A model generated the notes under the pieces. That model was not told where the DNA came from, did not search any database, and was given only the letters and a program-made list of their open reading frames with translations. Made by a program: the position numbers and the translations under genes. From Lytechinus pictus (taxonomy: Eukaryota), in contig NC_087251.1 of assembly GCF_037042905.1 (NCBI RefSeq), forward strand, positions 21,206,001 through 21,270,000: a DNA stretch of 64,000 bases, written 5' to 3'. Of the stretch, positions 34,496 to 48,534 are shown one piece after another; position 1 is the first letter of the stretch; every line of letters starts with the position of its first letter.

Positions 34496-37400
34496 ATTGT
34501 GATTCATGTTTGTGTGCCCCTTCTTTTGTAAGTGAGGACTTTTTTTTTGCTTGTCAAATTTTTCCTCGGGAAAATGTGCCCCCTTTTGAAAAATCCTAGA
34601 TTAACCGCCCCTGCTGGTTACCTTTATGCCTAAGTTTCATAGAAAAGATTTATAAGTTAAGATGACATTTCAAAAACTTTGACCTTGCTTGGTGAAGATT
34701 TTGTTGCTGATACTGCCCTCTGAAAAGCAAGGCCTAACTTACCGTCTCACTTACACTTCTGGCAAACCCAATATGAAAGAACATCGACTTCAATAATTGT
34801 TTCTTAAAGGATTGCAAGACACAAGCTTAATATTACATTAGAAGAGAAGCAAGACAAGCTATGTTACCAAAATAGCTCACTGATTATTGATAATTCAGAA
34901 ATTCTAGACTAAAAACAACATCTGCTTTACATTATTTTGTTTGTTCGACTCAGATATTTTGTTGAGTTTTGGGGAAGAAGTGGTCATTTGAATAAAAAAG
35001 GCTGCATTTGCTCATGGCGTAAATGACCCTATTCCCTGTGAAAACATTTCTTGCTAATAGAAGGCCTGTCCTTTAATTCCCTTGCATCTCTAGGTATGAT
35101 ATCCATCATTCCACAGCATGATTACTGTCGAAAGCTACTCCAAACCTCACAGCTTAAAACACCCATTCATCATCAATACCCCTCACATGATTTGGGTCTT
35201 GGAGGCACATGTAAGGCGTTTCTAGATATAATTCATATGTTTGGATAAGATCAATCATTTTATTCATTTCAGTCCAGGGTATACATTTCAAAGGGTAGAA
35301 TTTGCATTCTGATAGATGGCAATTCTCTTTCTACTAGGACAATTCTTTTACCGTGATATACCTTGTAGGCATAGCATGATGCATCCTGAAATGTACTACT
35401 CCATTTAAAAACTGCAAACTCTCATCTTTTTGTTATTATATACTTCCTTTGACAGTAAATTTGCTTCTCACTTTCACTTAAAAAAAATGTTTCCACAGCA
35501 AACTCTCCATTTCTTGCATGATCAAGCATTTTGGTAATATCTTGCCCTTAAATTTCTTCATGGTCCTCTATCAAGCTATGAGTTTTCCATCCATTATTGG
35601 GTATCACCTCTGCAGTGATAGTAGAAGAACTAAAACCCCATGGTTTCAGGGATTAAATTGGCCTGCCGGATTCCCAACAACTTGTTAATCAGAAGAAAGA
35701 ACATTTTTTTAATTTTTTTTTGCATGTGAATTGTTCCTCTGAGTAATCCAATCAATTATGCTCTGCTATGTAAAATAAAGCATTAATAAAAAATAAAGAT
35801 AAAAAAGTTTTTAAAAAATTTAATGGTAAGAATGATGAGATTAACAATGATGATGATTAAGATGATGGTGGTAGTGGTGGTGATGATGTTTTTCTTATTA
35901 AACATAATTCTGCAATAAACGTCTGATTTTCATCTACATGTACTTTCAACCTTAAAAAAAATCCCTCTCTCTCTTTCTGTATCTCTTCTTTCTTGCACAC
36001 TCTCGCCCTCTCCATCCACTTATTTATCTGTCTACATCTTTCCTTTTTGAAATATATTTATCGTCCTCTTTCTTTAGCTTCCGCTCTTTCCCCTTGATCT
36101 ATATAAACAAAGGGAGGAGAAGAATTCATATTTTTTACCTTTACCCATGACTAATCACACTACCCCAGTTTGCTATGACACAGCACCTATGGTCTGGCGA
36201 AAGTTTTGATGTCTGACTGATGACAGTAATCAACAATATCTTACTGTAGTTTTTACAATGAACCTGTAAAACCTGGGGCCCTTCTTATACAGAGCTGCCA
36301 TAAATTCAAATCACAAACTCAATGTAAGATTGTTCTCTTATTGTGTAATCAAGAGATAGAAAATGAATTCAATTAAAATTGATCAAAGCTCTTTGTAAGT
36401 CATGGCCCCGAGATGCAATCATCCTTTTTGTTAGTATTCACATGACCCCACCTCCTTTGTTGTGACCATCACATGTCGAAACATAAAAAAGTGAAGATTC
36501 AAACATCAGAGGACAAAAAGAGAAGAGATAATAGAACTATTCTCGGAAGTATCCCCTTTGTGCATCCGTCATATCTTTCTCTTTCCAAATAAAGGACAAA
36601 AAGGTAAAAGTATAATGTCCCATCCTTTAAAATCCTGTGAGGATTCTGCCTCTGCCACTGGCAAGATCTGTTTATAGTTTGCAGGTTAAGCATATTGTAT
36701 GTAATGTCCCCTTAAGACAACAATTACTCAAACTATCTTAAATTTGAACAAGTACATAAGTTTTATGTCTATACATAAAACCAGAACAATATCTGGGCAT
36801 ATACCGGGAAGGCATTTCAGGGCCCATTTGTCTTCTTAAAAGCTGTCAGATCTGACAACTTTCCTCTATTTAATTGACCAAGAATCAAGGACGGTCTTAC
36901 TTTTACTATGGTATCTGTAAATAAATGAGATCTACTAAGTGCTAAACACTCTCACGAAACAACCCTCTGTACAGTTTCTGGAAACACAATACAAGGTACA
37001 CGTATAGAGATCTCACATTATGTTTTCAGAAAATTTGGAATAGTTTGTCTTTTTTTTATTTTTTATTTCTGTATTGTCAGCATTTCCATCACACACCCAT
37101 CCATAAGGGACTTAACTCATGAAGTAGCTCAAACATGAGTGTGGACTAAGACACTAATATTATAATTAATGAACACAAAGTTAACAAAGCTTTGGGAAAA
37201 GCAGAGTTAAAAATTTGCGGCACGAGGACAAAATGAGAATTCATGAAAATGCAATACAAGAGTATCCAAATTGTCCTTCAACCTTAAATGAAAAATAAGA
37301 AAATTGTCTTCTGATTTAGTACAGTGGTCTATGGGGGAAGATCCAGGATAGAGCCATGGGGGAAATGTAAATAATGTCCATGCCAGTAATGCGAAGCTAA

Positions 37401-38046
37401 TACATGAATGTCAAGTATAGTTTACATGTAATAACCGAGGATTTTGACTCGTCTCAAACTTTATCTACAAGATTAGAGATTTGCTATTTGATAAGGTGTG
37501 CAGTGTCTCCATGGATAATTTCTAAGCATAAAGAAGAGCATAAAGGGGAGTAGACAAGCAGAAACAAGATACAAGTTTATAGTTGGTTATGTCACACTGA
37601 TCAGGAAAACTTCCTTGTATCATTTTATCCAGTATTCTAAGCCAACATTTGGCCACTATACGCACATGTATAATACAAACTCCACATCCCCTGCTAAGTA
37701 TTAGGTACTGTATCAAGATTAAGAGAACTTCTTCTAAGATTAATTTGCAGGTGAATGAGCAATGTGAAAACATAATTATAAGAACTTAAATCCCATCAAT
37801 CATGAGCGCATGATGATTGTACATTCTTCTGTATAAAAAGAATGTCCATGTTCTTTACAATGAGAACTCAAATACCCTAGACAAGTTTGATTTGGGAGGT
37901 GCAAATGCATGAAATAAATCAAGGGTCGGAAACGAGTTCTTGTAAAATATGGATATTTCACTGATCAGGTAGGTGTGGAAGTATCCAGTGTAAACTTTGC
38001 TGCAGGGTGCTTAATGCATAGTAGCAATGAAGAAGAGTATACTCAC

Positions 38047-38086
38047 TTGACGTAGGGTCCCTGGCAGGTCATTCACCCAATGGAGG
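38047..38086 (-). CDS. NDUFAF5: NDUFAF5 internal coding exon (40 bp): (S)LHWVNDLPGTLRQ
   Basis: Pyrimidine-rich upstream tract, acceptor tacAG, donor CAA|GTGAGT. LHWVNDLP is the family hallmark. The phase matches the previous exon (AG+C = Ser). Confidence 0.95.
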
Positions 38087-40089
38087 CTGTACAGAATGGG
38101 AGAAGGTGAAAGACAAGGTGAAAGGGAAGAGAGAAAGGGATGGAAAGAGTAAGAGAGAGCGTGAGAGGTAACGAGAAGGGGATGTAGAGATAAATAGGGA
38201 AAAGGAGAGAGAATCACAATGAATATGTAGTTTAGCAGGAGCAAAAATATCTTTTAAAAGAGTGATGAGGGAACATCAGCATCACAAATCTGTCAGACTA
38301 TGTGAAATGCTGAGGGTGACAGCAATAAAAGTGATATGAATCTCTGAAGTTGAGTTAAATGAGCAATTATCCAGCAGACTGCAGTATCTTTCTTTCCAAA
38401 TCCACTGACAAGTGTTTCCTCTAATAAGGTGATAAAAACAGACGAGATATAAGATAGGCTTCCCATTGTGCATTGGCAGATCAAGATAAATTGGGGAGGG
38501 GGGCAGACTTTCACCTTTCCCTTTTTTATTTTTTAAACTATGTTTAATCTACAATTTTATTGAAAATAAAGAAATATGATTGTGGGCTAAGACAAATTTT
38601 AATAAAACCGAATATTTTAGTAAATTACTTGTATTTATTGAAAATTGATATGAATTTGATATTAAAATTTAGTAGCTTCTAAAAACTGGTCATGAAAATT
38701 AAAGACACAATTGGTTCATGAAATGTTCCCATGTAATTCTCATTTTGTATTTCTAATCTGCATGTACAATGAGCTACACTCTCAGAAAAATATCAGGTTG
38801 GATATAGGCCTGGGATGAATACTCTTTTTGCCATTTGACTGTTCACCAGGTTAAAACATCAAATATTTCAAACAGTCAAGATTCCTAAATTATCAGAAAC
38901 CACAAAAAAATTTGCATGACCTTGTGTACCAGTGGTCACACATGAGTGAGGTGATTCAGTCAAGTATCCCAGTACAGTGCCTATGAAATTTACATCAACA
39001 CAGCTGAATGATGCCAGCTGTCATTGTCATGTCTTGAAAGAGTTACAATGATTAGGAATTCATTGAATTTCAGCATAAATTTCATGTTATCTTGCACTTA
39101 GTTGTCAAATATCAACGATAATAGCCATATAACTTTTGGTATCCTGACTAAATACCATGACCTGCAGTAGATTCACATCTACATTAGATTTGGAGCAAAC
39201 TTCATGAAGCAAATTACTAGACATTTTATTTTAAAATGTGTTCTTACCAATCATATACAAACTTAGAGCAACTCATAACAGCAGTCATTGAAAAATCAGT
39301 GACAGAATGTTTACGGGAGTGTCCCAAGTCATTCCCCATTCTTTACTTTCTTGTTTCAAGCCACATTATCTCATAAAAACAGGTAAATTGATTGGCTAAT
39401 TAATGTGCAGTGATGCTAACATCAGCTATTAATAATATATTGTTTAAAATATAATTTACGTCAGGGGCCTACTGGGTTCCATTACCTTCAATACATTCAT
39501 ATCTACCTTAGATTTAGTCGGGTTTCATAAAGCATCTCATCACTGAACTTGACATTCAATCATGTTACTAACCAATCAGATACAAGGATTTTAGTAGCTT
39601 CTAACAACTGTCACTAAAAATAGAATGCTTCATTCACTGTTACTCAATTGGACGTACATATGTATATCATAATATATTCTCTATTTTCAATAAGAATTAA
39701 GATATTTAAATCAAAGCGATTTGATTGGTTCATGTCAAATTTGCAAAATGAAATACAAATTTCATTGATTACAAATTTGGTTTTTTTTTTACAGGTGGGG
39801 GCTGCTTCCTACTGGTTTCTATGACCTACCATGTATTGACATCTACCTTAGATCTAGGGAGCCTTTCACAAAGTGTATTTGATCACTGCCCAAACAAAAG
39901 GTTCAGTGAAAATCACTGACCACTTGCTTCATGAATTTCTCTGTTATATTTTTAATACTTGGTTCATGCTGTCAATACTAGCTGATCTTTAAGGCTCCAT
40001 TTTAACTTATAATTGGTAGGCCCTCGTTAGCAAAACTGATGCTGTGATGTACCCTTTTCTCATTCAAATGTATGAATAATAGACATCAG

Positions 40090-40381
40090 GGCCCCGTCTT
40101 ACAAAGAGTTCGATTGATCCGATCACTCACAACTATGGAAAGCCAGCAACGTCAACATCTAAAATTACATGCTGGTCCAAAATATTTTCTAGAAATGATG
40201 TATATTCATTCATTCATTCATTCATTCATTCATTCATTCATTCATTCACTGTTTTCTTGACAATTCAGTATGCTTCTCTTTGTTTTCAAAGGACATTGAG
40301 TAAATTTCCAAAAATAATTATGACATTGATGGATTTCCATATTGAGATGGGATCAATCGTAACTCTTTGTAAGACGGGGCC
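40090..40381. mobile_element. MITE with CAG TSD containing a (TTCA)n microsatellite
   Basis: CAG|GGCCCCGTCTTACAAAGAGTT...AACTCTTTGTAAGACGGGGCC|CAG. Confidence 0.85.
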
Positions 40382-41662
40382 CAGGTGATAAAAATTACTC
40401 TCTTTGGTTACATTAAAACCAATAACAGCTTTGTCTGATCACTGCACCAATTGATGCATGATCACATCCAGGGGGTTGCTTGAGCCATGAGGGCAAGGCA
40501 AATATGACTTTTACATGCTACATGTACACCCACTATAGAAATAATGATGAGTAGAATATCATTCAGGATATCTTGTATGAAAAGCTTGGCACTTCATTAA
40601 ATCAGTTTCAGTGTAACATTTACTCTGATACTAAAACTGGAGATAACCTTGCATAATCCAATACAATCTCATCTTGCCTCAATTTCTTTCTTTTACCACA
40701 ACTGTGGCGTAGGAAAAAATCTTCTCAAGAAAAAAGGACTATATCTTTTTTTTCTCTCCCTCTCTCTGCTAGAAAAAAAAATGAATTTGCAAAATCAATG
40801 CGCTGTTTCCAATTACTATTTGAAATGAAAGTGCTATACATGTACATCAGGACACTGCAGAAACATTGATCTAGATAAATGGAATTGTGTATGTTGTAAA
40901 CAAAATAAATTGGAGTTTTTTTTCCAACACGATTCAAGACTGACTTCACACTTTCTTGTGTTACAAACCACACACATTCCGTTTTTTACATGCTGGTATC
41001 AAAACAAGAAATTAGTTCTTTCCATCATGAAGACAGAAAAAAAGAAACGCAGCCCTGTATTCTGGCATTGAAAAATGGGTGGTTTTATTCCTACTTCATT
41101 TATTTTGGTTTATGATTGTTCTCCATTTCACAAAGAAAGGGCATTTGAATACTCAGAAGTAGAAAAAAATGCAACATGACAGCAGAAGGCTCCGTTTGAT
41201 ATCATGATACAACCTCAAGTTTACTGTCCTCAAGTTCAGTGCTTCATACCATTACTTCACATTTAATTTCTGAGCTATACTGAATCTGATAAAAGCTAGT
41301 CCATAGATGCAATCTGAAACATGGACAGGTAAAGGGTCACTTGGATACAACTTGCCTAGTCAACTGGGGTGGATGCTGCAAATGAAAAGTGCCAATAAGT
41401 GAAATGGAAAGAAATTGACTGAGATTGTGAGCTGAATTGAAATAAAGTTAAGATAAAAATAGAACTCCACAGATCTGCATACTATAGTTCAATCAGGATC
41501 TAGCATCATCTTAACTTACAATTATAACTTCAGTCTTTTATGCATACAATGTAGGTGAGAATAAACAAACATTGAATTTCTTATAATAAAAAATACTTGA
41601 AGATTGTGAATACTAAAAATGTGTTTCCCTCTTCTGAGATGAACTGTACATCCATACACTTT

Positions 41663-41970
41663 GGCCCGTATTCTGAAGTCGGGTTTAACTTAAACCCAGG
41701 TTTAAAGTTGTGGTTTACATATGGACAGCCAATTGTTACAAAATCACTAACAGTAGAGATATAATATTTCAGCTCATTTGGCTCTCAAATCATTCGTAAT
41801 TGTCTAGGAAGTATAAATAGATGATTGCCTTCACCATCGATGAATCAGGAAAGAGCAGTTAGTATAAGAAACATGCAACTTAATAAAAACTTTAACACTT
41901 TTGGCTTCCCATAATTTTAGCACAGAGTTAGACCATGGTCTTAGTTAAACCTGACTTCAGAATACAGGCC
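41663..41970. mobile_element. MITE
   Basis: GGCCCGTATTCTGAAGTCGGGTTTAACT / AGTTAAACCTGACTTCAGAATACAGGCC. Confidence 0.8.
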
Positions 41971-42391
41971 TATGAAACAGAAGTGGTCAGGGACTCAAAC
42001 ATATACAGTAGGTAATGCATTGCATTCGATGAGAAACTTAATTTATTGCACCTCATTCACTAGATGCAAACATGATTTTTAAAAACTCCTTGATCAGGGA
42101 TGAGGAAAAACCCTGAAGGCAAGTCCGTGCCCTTTATAACGATGGACTATATTGGTTAGAGGGATGGCTTAGCCTAATTTTGCAGGTTCCACATGAACAG
42201 CACTGCCGATAAAAATCTGTCAAATCCTTCAAGTCAGGCCCCTCTTTGGAAAACTCAAAATCAAATCATAGAATCCTACAGAAAATTTGCTCATCCAATC
42301 AAATTGCATGATTTCAGTAGCTGATAACACTAGCTTATAACTTGCTTCTGATAGCTTTTATGAAACAGAGCCGTTAGAAGCTACACACCAG

Positions 42392-42521
42392 GGTACCATA
42401 ACACAAAGGTTAGCGATTAATCGTACGCTTGATTTTCACGATTGATTGTACATTGTAGTCAATGGAATTAATTGTACAAAAATGTGTCTACGATCATTGC
42501 TAAGCTTTGTGTTACGGGCCC
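42392..42521. mobile_element. 130-bp MITE with CAG TSD (degenerate relative at about 2915-3021)
   Basis: CAG|GGTACCATAACACAAAGGTTAGC...GCTAAGCTTTGTGTTACGGGCCC|CAG. Confidence 0.75.
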
Positions 42522-43640
42522 CAGCAGGCCACAACTACTTCACTCTTATTCTGGACCCTTGATGAAATATCCAATATTACTGTACTTCTGTTCATACATG
42601 AATACATAAGATGCACTAGAAATAGTGTGAAAATTGCATTCAGAGATAAGATATCAATCAAATCCTGGAAGCAATTTGGTCTAAGGATTATGTACAATTT
42701 ATATGATTGTTTTGAAAAGCCTCAGGAACTAGTTCCTCTATACATTTGGATTAAGCAAGCACATATGGTGAAGAAATTGGGTTTGTAGAACACACAAAAC
42801 ATTCCCTGGGTAATTCAAATACAGAATGTATCATGTCTTAGCTTGCCCATATATTGGCCTCTTCAAGAAAATGTTCCGTATATTTTCAAATATGAAAATA
42901 CACCATTTCTAACGTCAGATTAAGTTATTACAAAACAAGTAAAAGATCAGGTCATGTGAAAAGTTGTGCATAACTTAACAGCTTCATGACACAATCCCCC
43001 CTCCCCCCAAAAAAATAATAACAATGAATGAATCAACAAATAAATAAACAAATCAATTAACTAATTAATTAATCAATAAATTAATAATAATACTATGAAT
43101 AAAATTATTAAAAAATAAAAAATAAGTGTTTCCATAAAAAAATGGTTGGAGCCTTGGAGGACCCATTAGTATATTCTATTTCCTCTGAACTAAATACACG
43201 TATCTCTGTTGGCATATAGGTACAGTCTACTCCATGTGATGACCAGACAAGCCATTTAATACCTTTCCTGTTGTCACATTCAAGATCTAGATATGTCTGT
43301 TATACAGGTGTCATAATAGTCACGTGACTAACTTGATGCTTCTCAATAACCAAAACAGAGGGTATAAGATATCACCATGTACTTTTCAGCAGTATCTGTA
43401 ACTAATAAAGGTTCAAAGATAACTCTAAGTTCACTTCATATGGAATCAAATTTAGGACGAAACTAAATTTTCATCAATAGCACCAAAACCTCAGTGTGAT
43501 ATATTGCAATTGACAAAACAATCAGGAATGAACTGTTTCTGTGTATTAGTAACATGATGCTCTGAACACTACATGGAACTATACACACAAATATTCTCCT
43601 TGAACATTTCAACTGCTTTTTTGGGGAGTCTTGTTTTTAA

Positions 43641-44244
43641 AGGACAAGTCCACCCCAACAAAAAGTTGTTTTGAATAAAAAGAGAAAAATCCAACAAGCA
43701 CAACGCTGAAAATTTCATCAAAATCGGATGTAAAATAAGAAAGTTATGACATTTGTAGATTTCGCTTAATTTCACTAAATTGTTATATGCACATCCTGGT
43801 CTGTATGCAAATGAGGGAACTGATGATGTCATCCACTCACTATTTCTTTTGTATTTTATTGAATGAAATATGAATTATTCTAATTTTCCCCTTTTTGTCA
43901 TGTGAAAGAAAGTTTTGTTCCTCTCTGAACATGTGGAATTACCATTGTTTTAACATTTTATGATTCAATCAAGTTGATCCCTATTGTCAAATTTGTAAAA
44001 ATTGAAATATTGTGTAATTCAAACAATAAAAAACAATAGAAACAGTGAGTGAGGGACATCATCGACTCTCTCATTTGCATGTTGCTGACTTGTTCATATA
44101 ACTATTTTGTGAAAAATAAGCAAAATTTTAAAATGCCATAACTTTCTTATTTTACATCCGATTTTGATGAAATTTTCAGCGTTATGCTTGTTGGATTTTT
44201 CTCTATTGTTTCAAATCAACATTTTTCTGGGGTGGACTTGACCT
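43641..44244. mobile_element. Kolobok-like MITE with long TIRs
   Basis: TTAA|AGGACAAGTCCACCCC...GGGGTGGACTTGACCT|TTAA. A second copy lies at 62893-63481. Confidence 0.85.
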
Positions 44245-45388
44245 TTAATGTTAAGGCATTTTTGTCCACAATATTCTTTCAAAATTATGTGAAAAGAACT
44301 CGGAAATTCACAACGATCGTTATTAGCTTTCAAATACGGGAACACATTACAAAAGTATATATGATAATTTATTTTTTGTAGTCTTCTCACACAATGCATG
44401 GACCTTCTTATAGCCTGAGCCAAGTCAAAATTGCATTAAAAAAATAACTTTAAAAAAAGGAGAGGAAATTACCTAGCTTAAATATATATACATTTATACA
44501 AATTAAAGAAACCAAAGAAAGGGAACAAAGTGTAATGGGCAGTAACAATAGAAAAAAAAGTTATGAGAAAAAAATTGAAACCAGGAAAATGGCAATGGAA
44601 ATAGAACTCTTCATTGTTTTAGACTAAATAACGAGTCAATTAAAGCTAAAGACGACAAAACTGGATGAGTTGAATGAGCGAGCAAAGGGAGTTCATTGAA
44701 ATTTCAATTCCAACAAAACAAGATGAGATTATCACATAATCTATTCAAGACAGAGGTAAAAGATAGCTTCAAATGGTGACCAAATAGCAGTATCGATCTC
44801 AATGGTGAACTTCTTTGCCCTGTAACAAGAACTGAGCAGCTCCAAGGTTCCGACATTACATGTCTGTTTTTTTGTGAGACTTGAAACAGAACAAGTCTTC
44901 TCACGGCAACAGGATGCAGAAAATGTTAGATGGGGAGGGGAATAACCTCAGTATGTAAGAGATAGATCTGAAGATCAATGAACATAAGGTGAATGGTTGT
45001 ACTCTTATTTATCTCCAGCTCATTGCTAGCCAGCACAGCTCAATGATTCCACTCGTACGAACCAACAACTTCTTTCTGCATCACTGTCTACTTTGATTGC
45101 TTCAAGAAGAAAAAAAAGAAGGAATACCATGAGCAGAGTACTACGAGGATGTTCACTCATTCCAAAGTATCTGTCAAGGACCAAAACATAAAGTTTTCTT
45201 CTCTGTTTTTCACTTCCTCTCAAAAGGGTTCTGTTTTTACACTTACACAAAAAATCCTTTACATAAAGTGATCAAACTTAATCCCCCCATTCTCTCTCTC
45301 TCTCTCTGCATCTATCTCTGTATCAGTCACTTGCTAACTCTGTGTTATTAATTGATTATTTTTTCTCTCATACATCTTTTTTTATTAT

Positions 45389-46887
45389 TAGGTGATCTGT
45401 CAGTTGACAGATCACCTCTTGTGTTTCTACGAATTTTCTTTTTTATTTATTTTTATTTCTTTTTCTTTTTCCACCCTTTTCTTGTTCCACCAAAATAAAA
45501 AAAAGTGCTCGATCAATTTTCATCAAAATATTGTCAATTATGCACAGTTATCATGCGATGTGTACGAAACAAGTTCAACGTCAAATGGTCATCGTGACGT
45601 CATCTACGCGCCATTTTGTAAAATCACATTATCAACAATATCTTCATCATCAATCATCAAAAATGAACAATATTAACATAAAAATAACTTCAGATCATGG
45701 GTCAACTGTCCATGTCATCAAACGTCATGAACACGTCACGACGCGCATGTACGCGCGTGTCAAAATTTTAAAATGCTCAAAATCACTTTTTGATCAAAGT
45801 AGAGTACGAAATAGGTCATTTGAAGCATTTCAAGAATTTGCGCGCTCACACGTTTTCGCGCGCGTTCACGCGCGTAACGTCGGTATGCAATGTGAAATCG
45901 CCGTTTCTTTTACGTCAATGCATTTATTATGAAATTCTGATTAATTTGATACCTTGATCAACCTTCTACGACCAGTAGTAAAGGAATTAGCTTCAATCAA
46001 ACTTTGAATCATGCGCGCACGCGCGTTCACAATAGGCCAAATATGTGCAAAAACATGCCTTTACAAAATTCAATATAACTCTTCAGATAGTCCGTTGACC
46101 CCTAAATTTTCTTTTATATTCGGATGAAGTATAAATTGTAGATGTGATTTCATGTCACATTCGACCCTACATTTTATCATGACGTCATCAAAATGGCGTC
46201 GGAACTAAAATTTTCCATTTTTGTTTCATGACGTTTTAATAATTTTACAAATATGACTATTACTCCGTAATTGTTGGTCATTTTTCGCTCAGATTTCGAC
46301 ATATTGTAGCTGAGCTTATACGCTTACTAAATATTTTCTAAAATTTTCATTTATATTAATTATTAATCCTCAAAATTTAGAATTTATAGAGGCATATCAC
46401 AATGGCAATTTTTACTGTCATAAATCAATTCAAGATAATATTCATTCTTTGAACGACGAGAGTTTGAGAAGTTTTGTGGTCTAATGGATAGCACACCTGC
46501 CTTGCAACGCGAGGATCCTTGGTTCGAAACTCACTTGACAATGTTTTTTTTTTTGCTCATGTATTTGTGTGTAACCTCTATTAATACTGATTTTTCTCAA
46601 AACTTGATTCTACATTCTTGGATTCCAGCAACATTATTTTCACTATTTCGTGTAGTCACTTTCGAAATCGCATTTGGCATCTCTAATAAAACAAGATCTT
46701 TTACACAACCTAATTTGTTGTCTTCAGCTGTATTTAATATGTTCTTCCGTTGATAAAAGTTTGTTTATTATGATGATGATCATATTGAACTGCATTGACA
46801 TGGTTGTAATAATCGAAAATTAGATCGTGATCATGAGAATGACAGACAGATCACCTAATTCGTCCACAAGACGAATTAAAATTCTAG
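45389..46887 (+). mobile_element. Non-autonomous Helitron/Helentron-type element, unit 1
   Basis: 5' hairpin AGGTGATCTGTC-AGTT-GACAGATCACCT. The 3' end has subTIR GACAGATCACCTA, hairpin AATTCGTC..GACGAATT and CTAG|T. Confidence 0.75.
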
Positions 46888-48534
46888 TTTATTTATTCTT
46901 TTTATTTATTTTTCTTTTTCCACCCTTTTCTTGTTCCACCAAAATCAGAAAAACTGTTCTATCAATTTTCATCAAATTATTATCAATTATACACAGTTAT
47001 AATGCGATGTGTACGAAACAAGTTCAACGTCAAATGGTCATCGTGACGTCATCTACGCGCCATTTTGTAAAATCACATTATCAACAATATCTTCATCATC
47101 AATCATCAAAAATGAACAATATTAACATGAAATTAACTTCAGATCATGGGTCAACTGTCCATGTGATCAAACGTCATTAACACGTCACGACGCGCATGTA
47201 CGCGCGCGTCAAAATTTTAAAATGCTCAAAATCACTTTTTGATCAAAGTAGAGTACGAATCAGGTCATTTGAAGCATTTCAAGAATTTGCGCGCTCACGC
47301 GTTTTAGCGCGCGTTCACGCGCGTAACGTCGTTACGCAATGTAAAATCGCCGTTTCTTTTACATCAATGCATTTATTATTAAATTCTGATTAATTTGATA
47401 CCTTGATCAACCTTCTACGACTAGTAGTAAAGGAATAAGCTTCTATCAAATTTTTAATAACGCGCGCACGCGCGCGTTCACAATAGGCCGAATATGTGGA
47501 AAAACATGCCTTTACAAAATTTAATATAACTCTTCGGATAGTCCGTTGACCCTCAAATATTCTTTTATATTCCGATAGAGTATGAATTGTAGATGTGATT
47601 TCATGTCACATTTGACCCTAAATTTTATCATGACGTCATCAAAATGGCGTCGGAACTAAAATTTTCCATTTTTGTTTTATGACGTTTTAATAATTTTGCA
47701 AATATGACTATAACTCCGTAAATATTGGTCAATTTTCGCCCAGTTTTTTAATATGTTGTAGCTGAATACATACTCTTTCTAACTTAATGGCTATATTAAC
47801 ATTTAAAGGAACGGATCATCCTGAAAAATGGCAAGTTATAGAGGCATGTCATTTTCGCTCATTTTGTGTGCAATCTCTATGGGAAATGGCTTTTTCTCAA
47901 AACTGGATTTTACATTCCTCTATTTCGCGAGCCATATCTCCATTTCTAATCGTCGGTTTTCTCTTAGCTTGGAGTATAATGTAGCTGAGATTGTAAGCTA
48001 TCGCAATCTGGTCTTATTTTTCTGATAAAAAGCCGGGATCATGCCCGTATTTTTCTTGAAAAATTGGATTTGAGATCCCCTCAATTTGCTTATGTGTAAA
48101 GTCGATGGGAAATAGTGCTTATGTGTATTAGTCTATGGGAAATAGTGTAGCTCAGTTGATAAGGCACCAGACTTGCGTCCTTAGGGTCGAGGGTTCGAGC
48201 CCAGGGGTGAATATGAGAATTTTTTTTTCTTTTTTGTTTATTTTCAACATTTCACAAATGGTCCTTTATGACCATTACAAGGTATATATTGCACAATAAA
48301 ATAGTTTTAAAACCCTTTTATTATAACTTGTACATATACCATGTGTAACACTTATTTCACAAAACTTTTCATTTCCCTCTTTTCAAGGGTATTCAACATG
48401 TTCTCTTCGTAATAAAAGTTCAGTTTTCAATATGATCATCGTATTGATCTCAATAAACATGGTGATTGTATTCGTGATCATGAAAATCAGAGACAGATCA
48501 CCTAATTCGTCCTCATGACGAATTAAAGTTCTAG
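46888..48534 (+). mobile_element. Non-autonomous Helitron/Helentron-type element, unit 2 (head-to-tail with unit 1)
   Basis: About 870 bp is homologous to the 5' part of unit 1, followed by a divergent middle and the same 3' subTIR-hairpin-CTAG end. Confidence 0.75.

Noticed and set aside
45026..45250. Signal-peptide-like ORF (MSEHPRSTLLMVFLLFFLL...)
   Set aside because: The hydrophobic run derives from a T-rich tract, there is an early stop, and no convincing donor or homology.
45392..47393. Duplicated ORFs suggesting a tandem gene pair
   Set aside because: They lie inside the repeated Helitron-type units, the frames are broken differently in each copy, and no domain is recognisable.
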